A program made the position numbers and the translations under genes. Shown here one piece after another: positions 1 to 11,173 of a stretch of 64,000 nucleotides of DNA. The DNA lies in contig NC_068983.1 in NCBI RefSeq assembly GCF_001194135.2, positions 120,341,907-120,405,906 on the forward strand. Direction: 5' to 3'. This stretch comes from Octopus bimaculoides. Taxonomy: Eukaryota. The notes beneath the pieces are model-generated. The model saw only the letters and a list, made by a program, of their open reading frames with translations, was not told where the DNA came from and made no database searches. Numbering within the stretch: position 1 is the stretch's first letter; the number at the start of each line of letters is the position of its first letter.

Positions 1-177
1 TTTCTTAAAACACATTTACTTACTACCATATATATATAGAGAGAGAGACACAGAATACACATTAATACACACATATATACAAATATATATATATAATTGC
101 TAAACAGGATAGCAAACATTAAGGCAAGGCAAGTATCTCAAGTTGTATACAATATCATTATAGGAAGAAATTCAAAA

Positions 178-231
178 CCTTACAGCTGTTTCTGGGATAT
201 CCCTGAGTATGTGATATTCCATCATCAGAGG
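178..231 (-). ncRNA. Minimal type I hammerhead ribozyme motif
   Basis: Minus strand reads cct-CTGATGA-tggaatatc-(11 nt)-gatatccca-GAA-acagctgt-A-agg: intact core, 8/9-bp stem II, palindromic stem III, GUA cleavage triplet, 3-bp stem I. Confidence 0.7.
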
Positions 232-335
232 GAAAATGAGAATGGCATACATTAATAAAATGATGTTACAACGCTTACCTAGTGCTCCTAATCATTTAGA
301 TCACCTGTGAACTAAACTCCCATACTTTGTATATA

Positions 336-413
<78 letters not shown>

Positions 414-513
414 ATAAAAATAAATTCATTAATTCATAAAAATGTATAAATTTTGATTAATTTTTGTTTCTTCCTTTCTTTTTTCTTCAACAGAGCTGCT
501 GTAAAACATCAAT

Positions 514-1311
514 ATGAAGCTTGAATATTTCCATGATAAAAAACTTATTCCACTTTCTGACAAAAACAAATTAACCAAATGTAACCAAATCACTACTCGG
601 GTAATCTTTGTCTTCATCCTCTTTGCTGGATTATCACAAATTGGTCTTGGAATAGGGCTCTTACTCTCATGCCGCAGCAATCTAGAAAATATATCCTGTG
701 CCTTCTCTTTAAAGGCACATCCATGCACCGGATTAGTGATACCAACCTACCTTGGTTGCTTGGTTATTTGTATTGCATTATTTGGATTTGGATTTCTTGG
801 ACGCCGAGCTACTGCTATCTTACTAGCTATTGCTATGACTGCAGAAATCTACTTTGGTTTAATGTCAATCTATGCTGAACCAATTTTATTTACTGACTAT
901 TTTCGAGTTTTTAATTCAGTTCAAATATGTCCCCAGAATTCCTCCAGCCCAGATAATCTTATAAAATGCTGGAATGGGATCACACAATTATATCCATATT
1001 GTTTTCTCTACAGAAATTTAATAAGGACAGACTGTATGCAAGGATATGATCTTTATTTCTCACAATTTAATGAAACTTTATCATCAACAAACATTGAACC
1101 ATGTGTCACTGATATTAGCATGGCTGTGAGTTCCATTTATACAGGTTATCGATATTTTGCAGGTCCTCTTATGTTGCTAAATGCCACAATCTGTCTTTTA
1201 CTAGTTCCAGGTTTAGATTTCTTATACCAACAAAATATAGAACTGAATGAATCTCATGTGGTTTCAGGACCAAAAGAACTTCAAAGACAAAATATTTCTT
1301 CATCTGTATGA
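514..1311 (+). CDS. Atypical (CCG-less) tetraspanin-like four-TM protein, paralog 1, 265 aa, single coding exon
   Basis: Long ORF in AT-rich DNA. Four hydrophobic segments (about aa 30-52, 73-95, 100-121, 213-238), a short basic TM2-TM3 loop (LGRRA) and a large Cys-rich second loop with N-glycosylation sequons (NSS, NET). Polypyrimidine tract and AG acceptor at 492-493; AATAAA at 1380-1385. Clear paralog at 53831. Confidence 0.88.
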   Translation: MKLEYFHDKKLIPLSDKNKLTKCNQITTRVIFVFILFAGLSQIGLGIGLLLSCRSNLENISCAFSLKAHPCTGLVIPTYLGCLVICIALFGFGFLGRRATAILLAIAMTAEIYFGLMSIYAEPILFTDYFRVFNSVQICPQNSSSPDNLIKCWNGITQLYPYCFLYRNLIRTDCMQGYDLYFSQFNETLSSTNIEPCVTDISMAVSSIYTGYRYFAGPLMLLNATICLLLVPGLDFLYQQNIELNESHVVSGPKELQRQNISSSV

Positions 1312-2762
1312 TCCAATGGACCCTCTTTTCTACATTTGTAAATTATCATTTGAATATGGAAAGAAAATTCACATTTCACAATAAAAATGGTCTCATCTAG
1401 CAGATAAAATTAAACAGAGAAGTACTGGAAATACATCTCATTAAAATATTTAGTACTCTCTTCTAAATATCTTTGTTCCCAGCTGTTATGAAAAGACTCT
1501 CTCTCTTTTGGAATTGGAGCCAATATAAGAGTGATCTTATATTATACAAACATTAAGAAAATATATCAGTTTTCAGATGACATCAGCATATTAATAGCTG
1601 AAGCTAAAAACAAACTGGTCTGATATAGAGAACATATTATTTATTTCACATCATGCATGCTCTGGATTTACACAAACTATGATTAACTTTAAATCAGAAT
1701 GTGCAAGAGTCAAGTGACTTCAGATCTATGCCAAATTTATATAACCTATAATAGCTAAGAGAAAATGGCTTATTTGTTGAAATTAAATTCTTGAAAAGAA
1801 AGAATCTACTTTATTGGTCTCTAGTACTAATTAATGAAGTACTGATGTTGAAGTAATCATTGATTCATTATGTGTCACATGTCATATATAATAAGTTGTT
1901 GCAGTTCAGAATATGTACATATAAACTATATACATATTTAAAGTTGTCAGCTACTACTTCCATTGTATGTAGTAGCATTGGCTTTGCTTCAAACTGGTCT
2001 GGTTTTGTGGATTATTTGATACATTTTAGGAAGATTCCTTCTGAGGTATCAATGTCACTATTACTGATAATCAAAACTGGATAACTTATTGTCAAATGAA
2101 TATTCTTTCACAAACCCACCATTATCTAATTGGACTTTAACACTGATTTATTAAAATATTATTTCATTTATATTTCAAATGTTCTGAAATTGAAATTATT
2201 ATTGCTCTCTCTTTCCCTCTCTCTCTCTGCCAGTGGTAAAGTGACAGAATCATTAAAGCATTAGACAAAATGCTTTGCGGTATTAGTGCAAGCACTTAGT
2301 ATTCTGAGTTCAAATCTGACTGAGGTCAACTTTGCCTTTCATCTGGGGTTGATAAAATAAAGTACCAACCAGGCACTGAAATTGATCCATTGATATACCC
2401 CAAAGTTTCAGGCCTTTTATCTGTGTTAGAAACAGCTATAAAGACAAAAGAATGAATAAAAATAGTAGGAATTACTAATATAATGGAAGGGAAGATAGAC
2501 TGATGGTAGAAACAGATATTTAGCTCTTCCTCCTCCTCTTCCTATATGCACCATCAACTGGATGATCAATTCTTGATCACTTTTTTAAATAAACTCTTGC
2601 TATTGTGATCAGTTTTGGATAGTTCTTTGCTGTTGGTGTAAAGATTGGTTGCTTTTCTACTGTCTAATATCATTTATCAAGCTGGTCTTACATTTCTGAG
2701 TTCAAAATAGATAATGCCTTTCACTCTTCTTGAGGGTTGATAACATTTTGGAGTTGATTTTT

Positions 2763-3147
2763 GTGGAGGCGCAATGGCCCAGTGGTTAGGGCAGCGGACT
2801 TGCGGTCATAGGATCACGGTTTCGATTCCCAAACCGGGCGTTGTGAGTGTTTATTGAGCGAAAACACCTAAAGCTCCACGAGGCTCCGGCAGGGGATGGT
2901 GGCGAACCCTGCTGTACTCTTTCACCACAACTTTCTCTCACTCTTATTTCCTGTTTCTGTTGTGCCTGTAATTCAAAGGGTTGGCCTTGTCACACTGTGT
3001 CACGCTGAATATCCCCGAGAACTACGTTAAGGGTACACGTGTCTGTGGAGTGCTCAGCCACTTGCACGTTAATTTCACGAGCAGGCTGTTCCGTTGATCG
3101 GATCAACTGGAACCCCTGACGTCGTAAGCGACACAGTGCCAACAACA
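2763..3147 (+). mobile_element. tRNA-derived SINE family A, near full length
   Basis: A box TGGCCCAGTGG and B box GTTTCGATTCC. Other copies at about 19985-20230, 32630-32860 (+), 33746-34039 (-), 45375-45690 (+), 45880-46195 (-) and 46880-47195 (-). Confidence 0.85.
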
Positions 3148-3585
3148 GCGGAGTTGATTTAATTAACTGCATTCTTTACCCTTTATAAATAAGCTGTGTC
3201 TTAAGAAAGAAAACATTAATTCAAATGGTATTCCTAAAACTTTTGTTTTAAGCCATGATTCAACAAAGAAAAGGTTTAGCTTAAGCATTTGCCATTAGCA
3301 ATAAATAACATATATATTATTTTTGTTTGTAACTTACTTTGATACCATCAAACCTTGTTATTTACACCTGAAATGCCTTAACACTTCAACATTGCAATAT
3401 GAAATATTTCATTTTCTACTTGGTATTTTGTGTATAACCAAACTGATAAGAAGGCAACTTATTTTGTAAGTATATTGATGATGCAATGACTGCGTTGGTG
3501 AGAAAGCAAAGAAAATAATAATTTACTTGTACTGAGAAGGACTGTGTAAAATCTGTCAGAAAAGTCATAACATTTTTAAAACTGA

Positions 3586-3677
3586 TCCATCCATCCATCC
3601 ATCCATCCATCCATCCATCCATCCATTCCTTCCTTCCTTCCTTCCTTCCTTCCTTCCTTCCTTCAATCAATCCATCC
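3586..3677. repeat. Compound (CCAT)n(CCTT)n microsatellite
   Basis: Read directly. It is one of dozens of (TA)n, (CA)n, (AAT)n and (GAT)n arrays in the window. Confidence 0.95.
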
Positions 3678-4677
3678 AAAGAATTTGAGGGAATTTCTGT
3701 GTGGTCACTTTAATCTACTAGGAATAGCAGCCAAATCTCTATCAAGTATAATTTCACCATCTTAAACAAGGATGGATACATTAAATAATGTAGTTCTAGA
3801 TAAAATATACCAGAAATAAAGATGGGATGGTCACGGCTGCAATGTTTTTTTATAATAAGTTTGCTCAATTAAGGTTGAGCTGGGTTAAACAACAACTCCA
3901 CCAACAATTGCATTTATCTCAACATGTCATTTTGAGTAAACTATGACATTAACAGATCATATCTATTGTTACATTTTTCTAATTGATGATTTTTTAATCA
4001 AAATGTTTTGTAATAAAATATGTTGAAAAACATTTTGTGTTATTTTCATTTGTTAATAGTCATCATCAAAATTCTTTGTGATTGGAAAATAATTAGTTTA
4101 AATATAACATAATTAAATTAAACATTGTGTAAAGAAAAATATAGATGATAACTGTTATGTTTATGAATTGTTTTGCAAGATTCCTGATGTGAATTTGTGT
4201 GTTGAAACAGATATTGTTATATTTCGGGATGGTCATTTTTTTTTCTTGCCAAATAAACGCATGCATTATATATTTGTTCTTAACTCACTTATTCTTGTTC
4301 TACTAAACAGATTAGGAGGATACATGTGAACAGAAAAGTTGCTGAAGAGGTCACAGATGTATAACAAAAGATTTTCAGACAATGGACATAAGATAAATTA
4401 GAACAATAATACACAAGTGAAGAATGAATATATAGTGTGGCTGTTTATTTGGCAAGCAAAAAAAAAAAAAAAAAAATGACCATCCTGAAATATAATAATA
4501 TAAATTATAATCCTTATATAGGTATGTGATGAGACATCAAGAAGTTGTGGTATTCATAATTTTCTCTAGGACAAACATTTTTGAATTAAAAATGAAAAAC
4601 ACAACTCTTTGACTTAAGTTTGTCATTCAAAATAATTTCTGACAAAAAGGGTTTGTTAATTAGACTAAAGAGCTACG

Positions 4678-5050
4678 TATGAAGAGTAGTGATAAGAGAG
4701 TGTTGTAGTTCGCTTGAAGCATTGTGTATTGTTTGTAAAGAATAAAAGTTTAGAATGGTACAACAATGCACTATAAAACAAGAAATGGACTATATACCTG
4801 TTGTAATTTGGTTATCTATAGTCCGATGATATTTTGGAATTACAATTCCTTCTTCAGATCTTCTTGGCTGGAGTCTCTGCTATAAACTTTATAGCAGAGA
4901 CTCCAGCCAAGAAGATCTGAAGAAGGAATTGTAATTCCGAAATACCATCGGACTATAGATAACCAAATTACAACAGGTATATAGTCCATTTCTTGTTTTA
5001 TAGTGCATTGTTGTACCATTCTAAACTTTTATTCTTTATGAAGAGTAGTG
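4678..5050. mobile_element. Penelope-like inverted pLTR insertion (151-bp palindrome arms, 14-bp TSD, two hammerhead motifs)
   Basis: Arms 4736-4886 and 4888-5038 with a 1-nt centre; direct repeat TATGAAGAGTAGTG at 4678-4691 and 5037-5050; about 45-nt one-sided tail at 4692-4735; hammerhead motifs at 4914-4949 (+) and 4825-4860 (-). Confidence 0.7.
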
Positions 5051-7239
5051 TTGAATATCTTGCTTAATATCTCATTAAAGGTAATGGGTCATGAGTCTTG
5101 ATCTTTAGTTAAAATTATTAACAAATAAGGAAGAAAAAAAATAACAGTAACTTTTTACATAGGAATGGAGATTTTTTTTTTTTTTTTGGAAAATGGAAAC
5201 TATGACATTAATGTTTTTTTCAAGGGTACAAATGATGGAAGTGAACTAATTGAAGTGGTTCCAACTTGCAATATTTGGTTACACTTGGTTCCTCAAGAAC
5301 CAACAGCAGCATTACAAAGGTGGCTGAAGATAGTAATAATAATGGTAATGGGATGGATACAAACAAAAAACAATATCAAGAAACCATTCACATACAAACA
5401 CTTTATTAATACTTAAAGTTCCTTCATGACATAAATTTATGAATAACTGATATTCTGTATGATTTGAGGTGTAGTTCAACTTTGATAAGAGATCATATAT
5501 GAGATAAAAAATAACAGATGGGTAACATTTCCACACAGAAAAGGATAAGATCACTAAGGGGAAGGTAAATATGTCATTCACCTTTATCTCCTAAAAAGCC
5601 ATTTAGGCAGGAAAAGCAAAATTGAAGAAGAATATAAGAGGATGGTCAGGAATATCAAAGAACTAAATAGAAAGAGTAGGATTAGAAAGAGCTTCATCTC
5701 GACAATACATAAACTGTCTCTTCCCTGTCTTTTTTGGATTGATTAAGGAATCGGTTATCTGATTTTAATAGGCATACCCAAAACCACTAAGCACAATGAT
5801 CTCTATATGCAAGTGAGAGAGGGAAGTAGAAGATTTATCAATGCAAATGACAGATTATGAACATGTTCTGGGTTGAATTTTGAAAATGTATGCTAACTTA
5901 TTTTTACCCTGGAAACTGAAAAATATATGTATCTCTAGTTCCAGAGATATCAATCTGTCTATTTATATTCACTTTCTCATCTTACCTTTTTCTCTGCATA
6001 TCCCCTTTCTACACACAATATTGCATTTTATTAATAGAAAGTTTTCACAAGTATTTTTTTGACTTTTGCTTTTTTAAACTGCATACCTCTATGCATTGTG
6101 GCCCATTAGAACTTGTCATACTTGCTGTCATCCATATTGTTCAACTACTAAATCTTGCAGAAAGAGTTGTGTTCAATAATTTTTTTCCTGAACTGCAGTA
6201 CTCTCTGCTAACATTTTCCCTGCATTTCAACTTACAGAAGTTCAAACTAAACATCAACCACATTGATCTAGTCTGGAATGGCCTGCAACTATCATAGATA
6301 CTTATATATATATATACATATATGAGTACAGGACGTCACCAACAGTAAAGAACATAAAATATGAAAACAAATGAGTTCAATACACAAACAATGAGAGAAA
6401 CAAATGGAAAACAGGACGAGTAACACAAAGAACGACCCTTCATCAATTGTCGGGTGTCTATCTACTCCTCATTTTGAGCAGTGAACAGCAATATGAGTCT
6501 TCGAAGACAGCTGCTCTCATAAATTCTAAAATAAAACTTTATCATATAATTGTGTATATGCATGTGTGTGTGTATTAATTATTACTGGACCATATTTGAA
6601 ATTTATAGTTATTAGGTATTTGATAACACCATAATAATTCTAAGAAATTTGCCTTGAATGCAGCCAATGATTCTTCTTTTTCTTTTTATCTTTAACTATT
6701 TTCAGTCTGTTGAGGAATCTCTGATAATAATTCGCTCCAAATTTCCAGAAGAGAGAGTTTATTAGCTGCTCACTAATGAGCTAGTTAATTCCATGTCCAA
6801 AGAATGACTTAACCAAATCATTGTAGAGAAAATTAATTCAAACTGGGTCGAGTAGAATTAAGTCTATAGTGATGAGAAACAAGTACACATCTTAGCTGGG
6901 AGAATAACTTATTTACAAGATCATTGTGATTAAGCCACTTACTCTTGGGTTATATATTTAGTGTGTACTACTAATACATTACTAGACTATTTACATTTCA
7001 CATTTTCTTTGCTATTTATAAACATAACATACTGTTTCATGTGTGACAGCATATGTTTAGTTATAGGTTTCTCTAATGAACCTTTATAAGACTGGAGTTC
7101 TAGATATGACCATTTCAGTTTTTTTTGTCTGGTATTGAAAATTAAGTTATTCAGTATATTTAACCCTTTTAAAGACAGTAGAGTGACATTTTAGGGAGAC
7201 ATGGTTCCTATTTTTAGTAGAGTGAGTGTGGACACATCA

Positions 7240-7830
7240 ACAACATTGCAACAGAACATTGCCTCTCCAGCTCAGTTTGGACCAAAAAACATACATAGTA
7301 GCATCATCAGTAGCATTGTTAACCTTAAGCAGCACTAGGTTGCTGAAAGGAATAAATGCAGAGGAAACAACAGCTGTTATGTTTGGACTAAGTTCACCTC
7401 TGTCTTCTTCTATTTTAGCCTCCTCAAGAACTCTAGAATCTATAGGTATATAGAAACAGAAAGGATTGACGGAGAGATTGTTCCACTACACCACATACAG
7501 TCAATCACTGCATACCAAAATGTGCATTGTGATCCTTAACCATATAGAAATATGGTATATCTGGGGCTATTAATCTGTGCATCATAACTAATCATTCACT
7601 CAACTACCTACATGGCAGCTATCTGAGTAATCAAGGCTGATCTAGGGCCAGTCTGCATCAATATCACATACTGCAATTTAAACATATGGTAGTAGTCCTG
7701 ATATGTTACCTGATCCTAGGTTATTTTTCACTCTGTTGTAAGTATTCTGACCAGCTCACATTTTCCCCAAAGATACTGACATAGATGTTCAAGCTGGACA
7801 TGCATCACATCAATTACACCAGACCGTAAG
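7240..7830 (-). mobile_element. Possible very old PIF/Harbinger transposase remnant
   Basis: Degraded motifs GVIDVMHV, AVCDIDADWP and VVEQS...YRF occur in the order expected for Harbinger DDE transposases; many stops. Confidence 0.35.
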
Positions 7831-9465
7831 GACCTATACAGGAGCTCATAGCCATTGCTTTAATCCTTTGACTAAAAAAATGCATACAACAAATTTCAAG
7901 TTCACCTTAGTATGCACTGCCTTTTATAATACTCCAAAGGCTGGAGTAACCAAACAATCAGTTATACTGAGCTGTATAACTGATTATAAATACATGTATA
8001 GGCACAGATGTAACAGTGTAGTAAGTTCAGACCCACTGCATGGCACTTTGGGCAAGTGTCTTCTACTATAGCCCTGGACAGACCAAAGTCTTGTGGAAGC
8101 ATATTTGGAAGACAGAAACTGAAAGAAGCCCATCATATATGTGTATGTGTGTGTTTGTGACTCCTTGTCTTGACATTGTATTTTGGTTGTAAAATGATTG
8201 TCACTATCATACAGGTAGTATCATTCATTTTCAATATGTTGTGAGAACATGTCTGGTCATGGGGTTATTACCTTGCTTGGAAATCAGTAAGGGTTGGTGA
8301 CAGGAAAGGCATCTGACTGTACAAAATCTGCCTCAATGAATTCTGTTCAATCCATGCAAGCAAGAAAAAGCAGACATTAAAATGAGGATGATGAAGATGG
8401 TATAACCAAAATGGTTGCCTGTAACAACTACTATTTTCGGACTCTTACAAATCAGCTATATTTGCCAGTAAGCAAAGCCTTCTATATACTTTAAAAAATC
8501 AGTTATGTCAATAATGAATATAGAAATGTAGACCATAAATATAAAGTGGTTCCATGGTGTTTTAAGACATATTGGATAAATACAGTATAGAAAAGCTACT
8601 GGTAAAAAACGCCACCAAAATCAGAGCTCTACGTAACATTTGTTTGCTCAAGATATTTTACACAAACATCTGATTATTTTGATACATGACTCACAGAATA
8701 GGGTTAAATATGCAACTAGATCACTCTATATTGCTTGTGCTATTCCCTTTCTACACATTTATATTGAAGAACATCAATTGAAGGGGGTAAATGACATATC
8801 AGCAAAATCACAGCCCCAATCAAGACAATCAAAAGAAATGTCACCAACCACAGAACAAAAATATTTGGTCATCATTAAACATTATAAAGTAGGGTTGTTG
8901 ATTATTAAAATTCATTTCACTATGGCAATGTATGTATTTATGATTTGTAGATGTAATAAAATACGGAAAACAAATCCTTTATATACCACTACAATACGTC
9001 ACACCACACACACGCACTAATGCTTGTTTTTATATTGTGTTACAAAGGTTCCAAAGTTTGGCACAGGGCCAGCAGTCTTTTTGAAGAGAGGGATAAATTA
9101 ATTCCATTGACACAGTTCTTGACTGATAATTTTTTTATTGACTCCAAAGTGATGAAAGGCAAAGTCAACCTTGGTGTTATTTGAACTCAGGATGTAAAGA
9201 TGGATGAAATGCGACAAAGCATTTTGCCCACTGTGCTAACAGTTTTGCCAGCTTGTCACCTTAAATCACATTATAATAAAAATGCCTTAGTATTACACTG
9301 AAAGATTACTCAATACTTTTTGTAGAGTACATATAAAAATTTAGAATAATAACAGTGACAGTGACTTGGAAGTTTTGGCTCGCTAGTCCAAGGAAGGTAA
9401 TCAATCGAAAACTTTGAAGTCACTGTCACCACTATTTTTGTAAATGTATCATATAAATATATATA

Positions 9466-9700
9466 TAAGGTGGCGAGCTGGCAGAATCGTTAGCATGCCG
9501 GGTGAAATGCTTAATGGTATTTCGTTTGCCGTTACATTCTGAGTTCAAGTTCCGCCGAGGTCGACTTTGCCCTTCATCCTTTCGGGGTTGATAAATTAAG
9601 TACCAGTTACGCACTGGGGTCGATGTAATTGACTTAATCCCTTTGTCTACTCTTGTTTGTCCCCTCTATGTTTAGCCACTTGTGGGCAATAGAGAAATAA
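9466..9700 (+). mobile_element. tRNA-derived SINE family C
   Basis: TAAGGTGGCGAGCTGGCAGAA head and GAGTTCAAGTTCC B box. Copies at about 2232-2430, 22466-22650 (+) and 9040-9265, 10593-10797, 47245-47635, 59458-59647 (-). Confidence 0.85.
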
Positions 9701-9708
9701 TATATGTA

Positions 9709-9760
<52 letters not shown>

Positions 9761-9942
9761 TATAGATATATATAAGTGCAGGCATAGTTGTGTCATTAAG
9801 AACTTCCCCTAGCAATCACATGGGTTTAAGGTCCATCTTATTGCATGGTACCTTGGTTATAGCAGAAGTATCTTCTACTATAACCTTGGGCTGATTTATG
9901 TCTTGTGAGTGAAATGTGGTAGTTGGTAACTGTGTGCGTGTA

Positions 9943-9977
<35 letters not shown>

Positions 9978-10410
9978 ACACTTGTTTATCTCTATGCATC
10001 TTCTAAAATTGATACCCTTTCAGCACTGGCAACATGTTTATGTTTCCTAAAAACAAAATATCTAGATGCGGTTTGATGTGCAAAGGTATGAAAGTATCTA
10101 ACAGACGTAAGGCTGGTATCAAGATGGGCATCCAACCGGTGAAGCATGGAATCTGTAACAATGATGATGATGATGGTGATATGACAATGATGTACACACA
10201 CACACACGCATATATAAACACTTGCATGCATATATAAACACACACACACACACATACATAAACATATATATGCACTTTACTTAATGTTGGACAAATGAGG
10301 AGTGCTAAATACCTGAAGAGAATATAGATTTTTAAAATTGAAATTGAAGCTGGGAGTGTCTCATGAGTTTCACACCAGTGCAATCATCAGGCAAAACATA
10401 TGCACACACA

Positions 10411-11173
10411 CACTAAATCAGAAAAGTGCCACTCAGAATAAAGAAACACTAAACTGACTTTGCAATGCAGAATAAAGTAAGAAACAAAAATGGTGATTGA
10501 TTTTTGGTAAATATCAAAGTAGAATCTAATACTCTTTAATTTCAATAATTCATTTTCCTTTTTATAGCTATATTTGTGCATGTGTATATATTGATTTCTT
10601 TATTGCCCCCAGGGGCCTAAACATAGAGAGGACAAACAAGGACAGACAAAGGGATTAAGTCAATTACTTATTTAATCAACCCCGAAATGATGAAAGGCAA
10701 AGTCGACCTCAGTGGAATTTGAACTCAGAACATGATGGCAGACAAAATACGGCTAAGCATTTCGCCCGGTGTGCTTACGATTCTGCCAGTTCGCTGCTTT
10801 ATATATGCATGTATATTGACGCACACACAAACACACACACACATAGAGGCACATAAATCAGGGAAAGGAGACCCAATATTATCGTCCAATTTGCTACAAA
10901 TAGCAACACCCTATCTTAAAAAATAAAGGAAGACACACTGGGTCTCCCTTCCCTGATGAATATGCCTGTGTGTATGTGTGTGTATGTGTGAATATATACA
11001 CATACACAAATATAGCTATAAGAAGGAAAATGAATTGTTGAAATTAAAAGAATATTAGATTTTACTTTGATCTTTACCAAAATTCAATCAGCATTTTTGT
11101 TTCTTTCTTTATTCCGCATTGTAAAGTCAATTAAGTGTTTCTTTATTCTCAGTGACACTTTTCTGATTTAGTG
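10411..11173. repeat. Fold-back with long inverted arms; left arm split by a SINE
   Basis: 10411-10592 pairs with 10990-11173, and about 10850-10879 pairs with 10942-10970. Confidence 0.7.

Noticed and set aside
514-1311. Identity as a cephalopod chemotactile receptor (nAChR-derived), innexin or claudin
   Set aside because: There is no large N-terminal Cys-loop ectodomain. The TM2-TM3 loop is only about 5 aa, whereas innexins have a long one. The large loop is the second, and the claudin W-GLW-C-C motif is absent.
3416-3679. Low-complexity ORFs (EGRK/DGWM, CVCV, YIYI, poly-N/M/I)
   Set aside because: They are translations of microsatellites.
5165-5416. 83-aa ORF or exon-like segment
   Set aside because: No recognisable motif and no consistent splice partner on either strand.
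7237-7439. Minus-strand coding exon (DSRVLEEAKIEEDRGEL...QCC-stop) with a good acceptor
   Set aside because: No partner exon in compatible phase was found, and the upstream sequence has degraded Harbinger-like motifs, so a transposase remnant is more likely. Not fully excluded.
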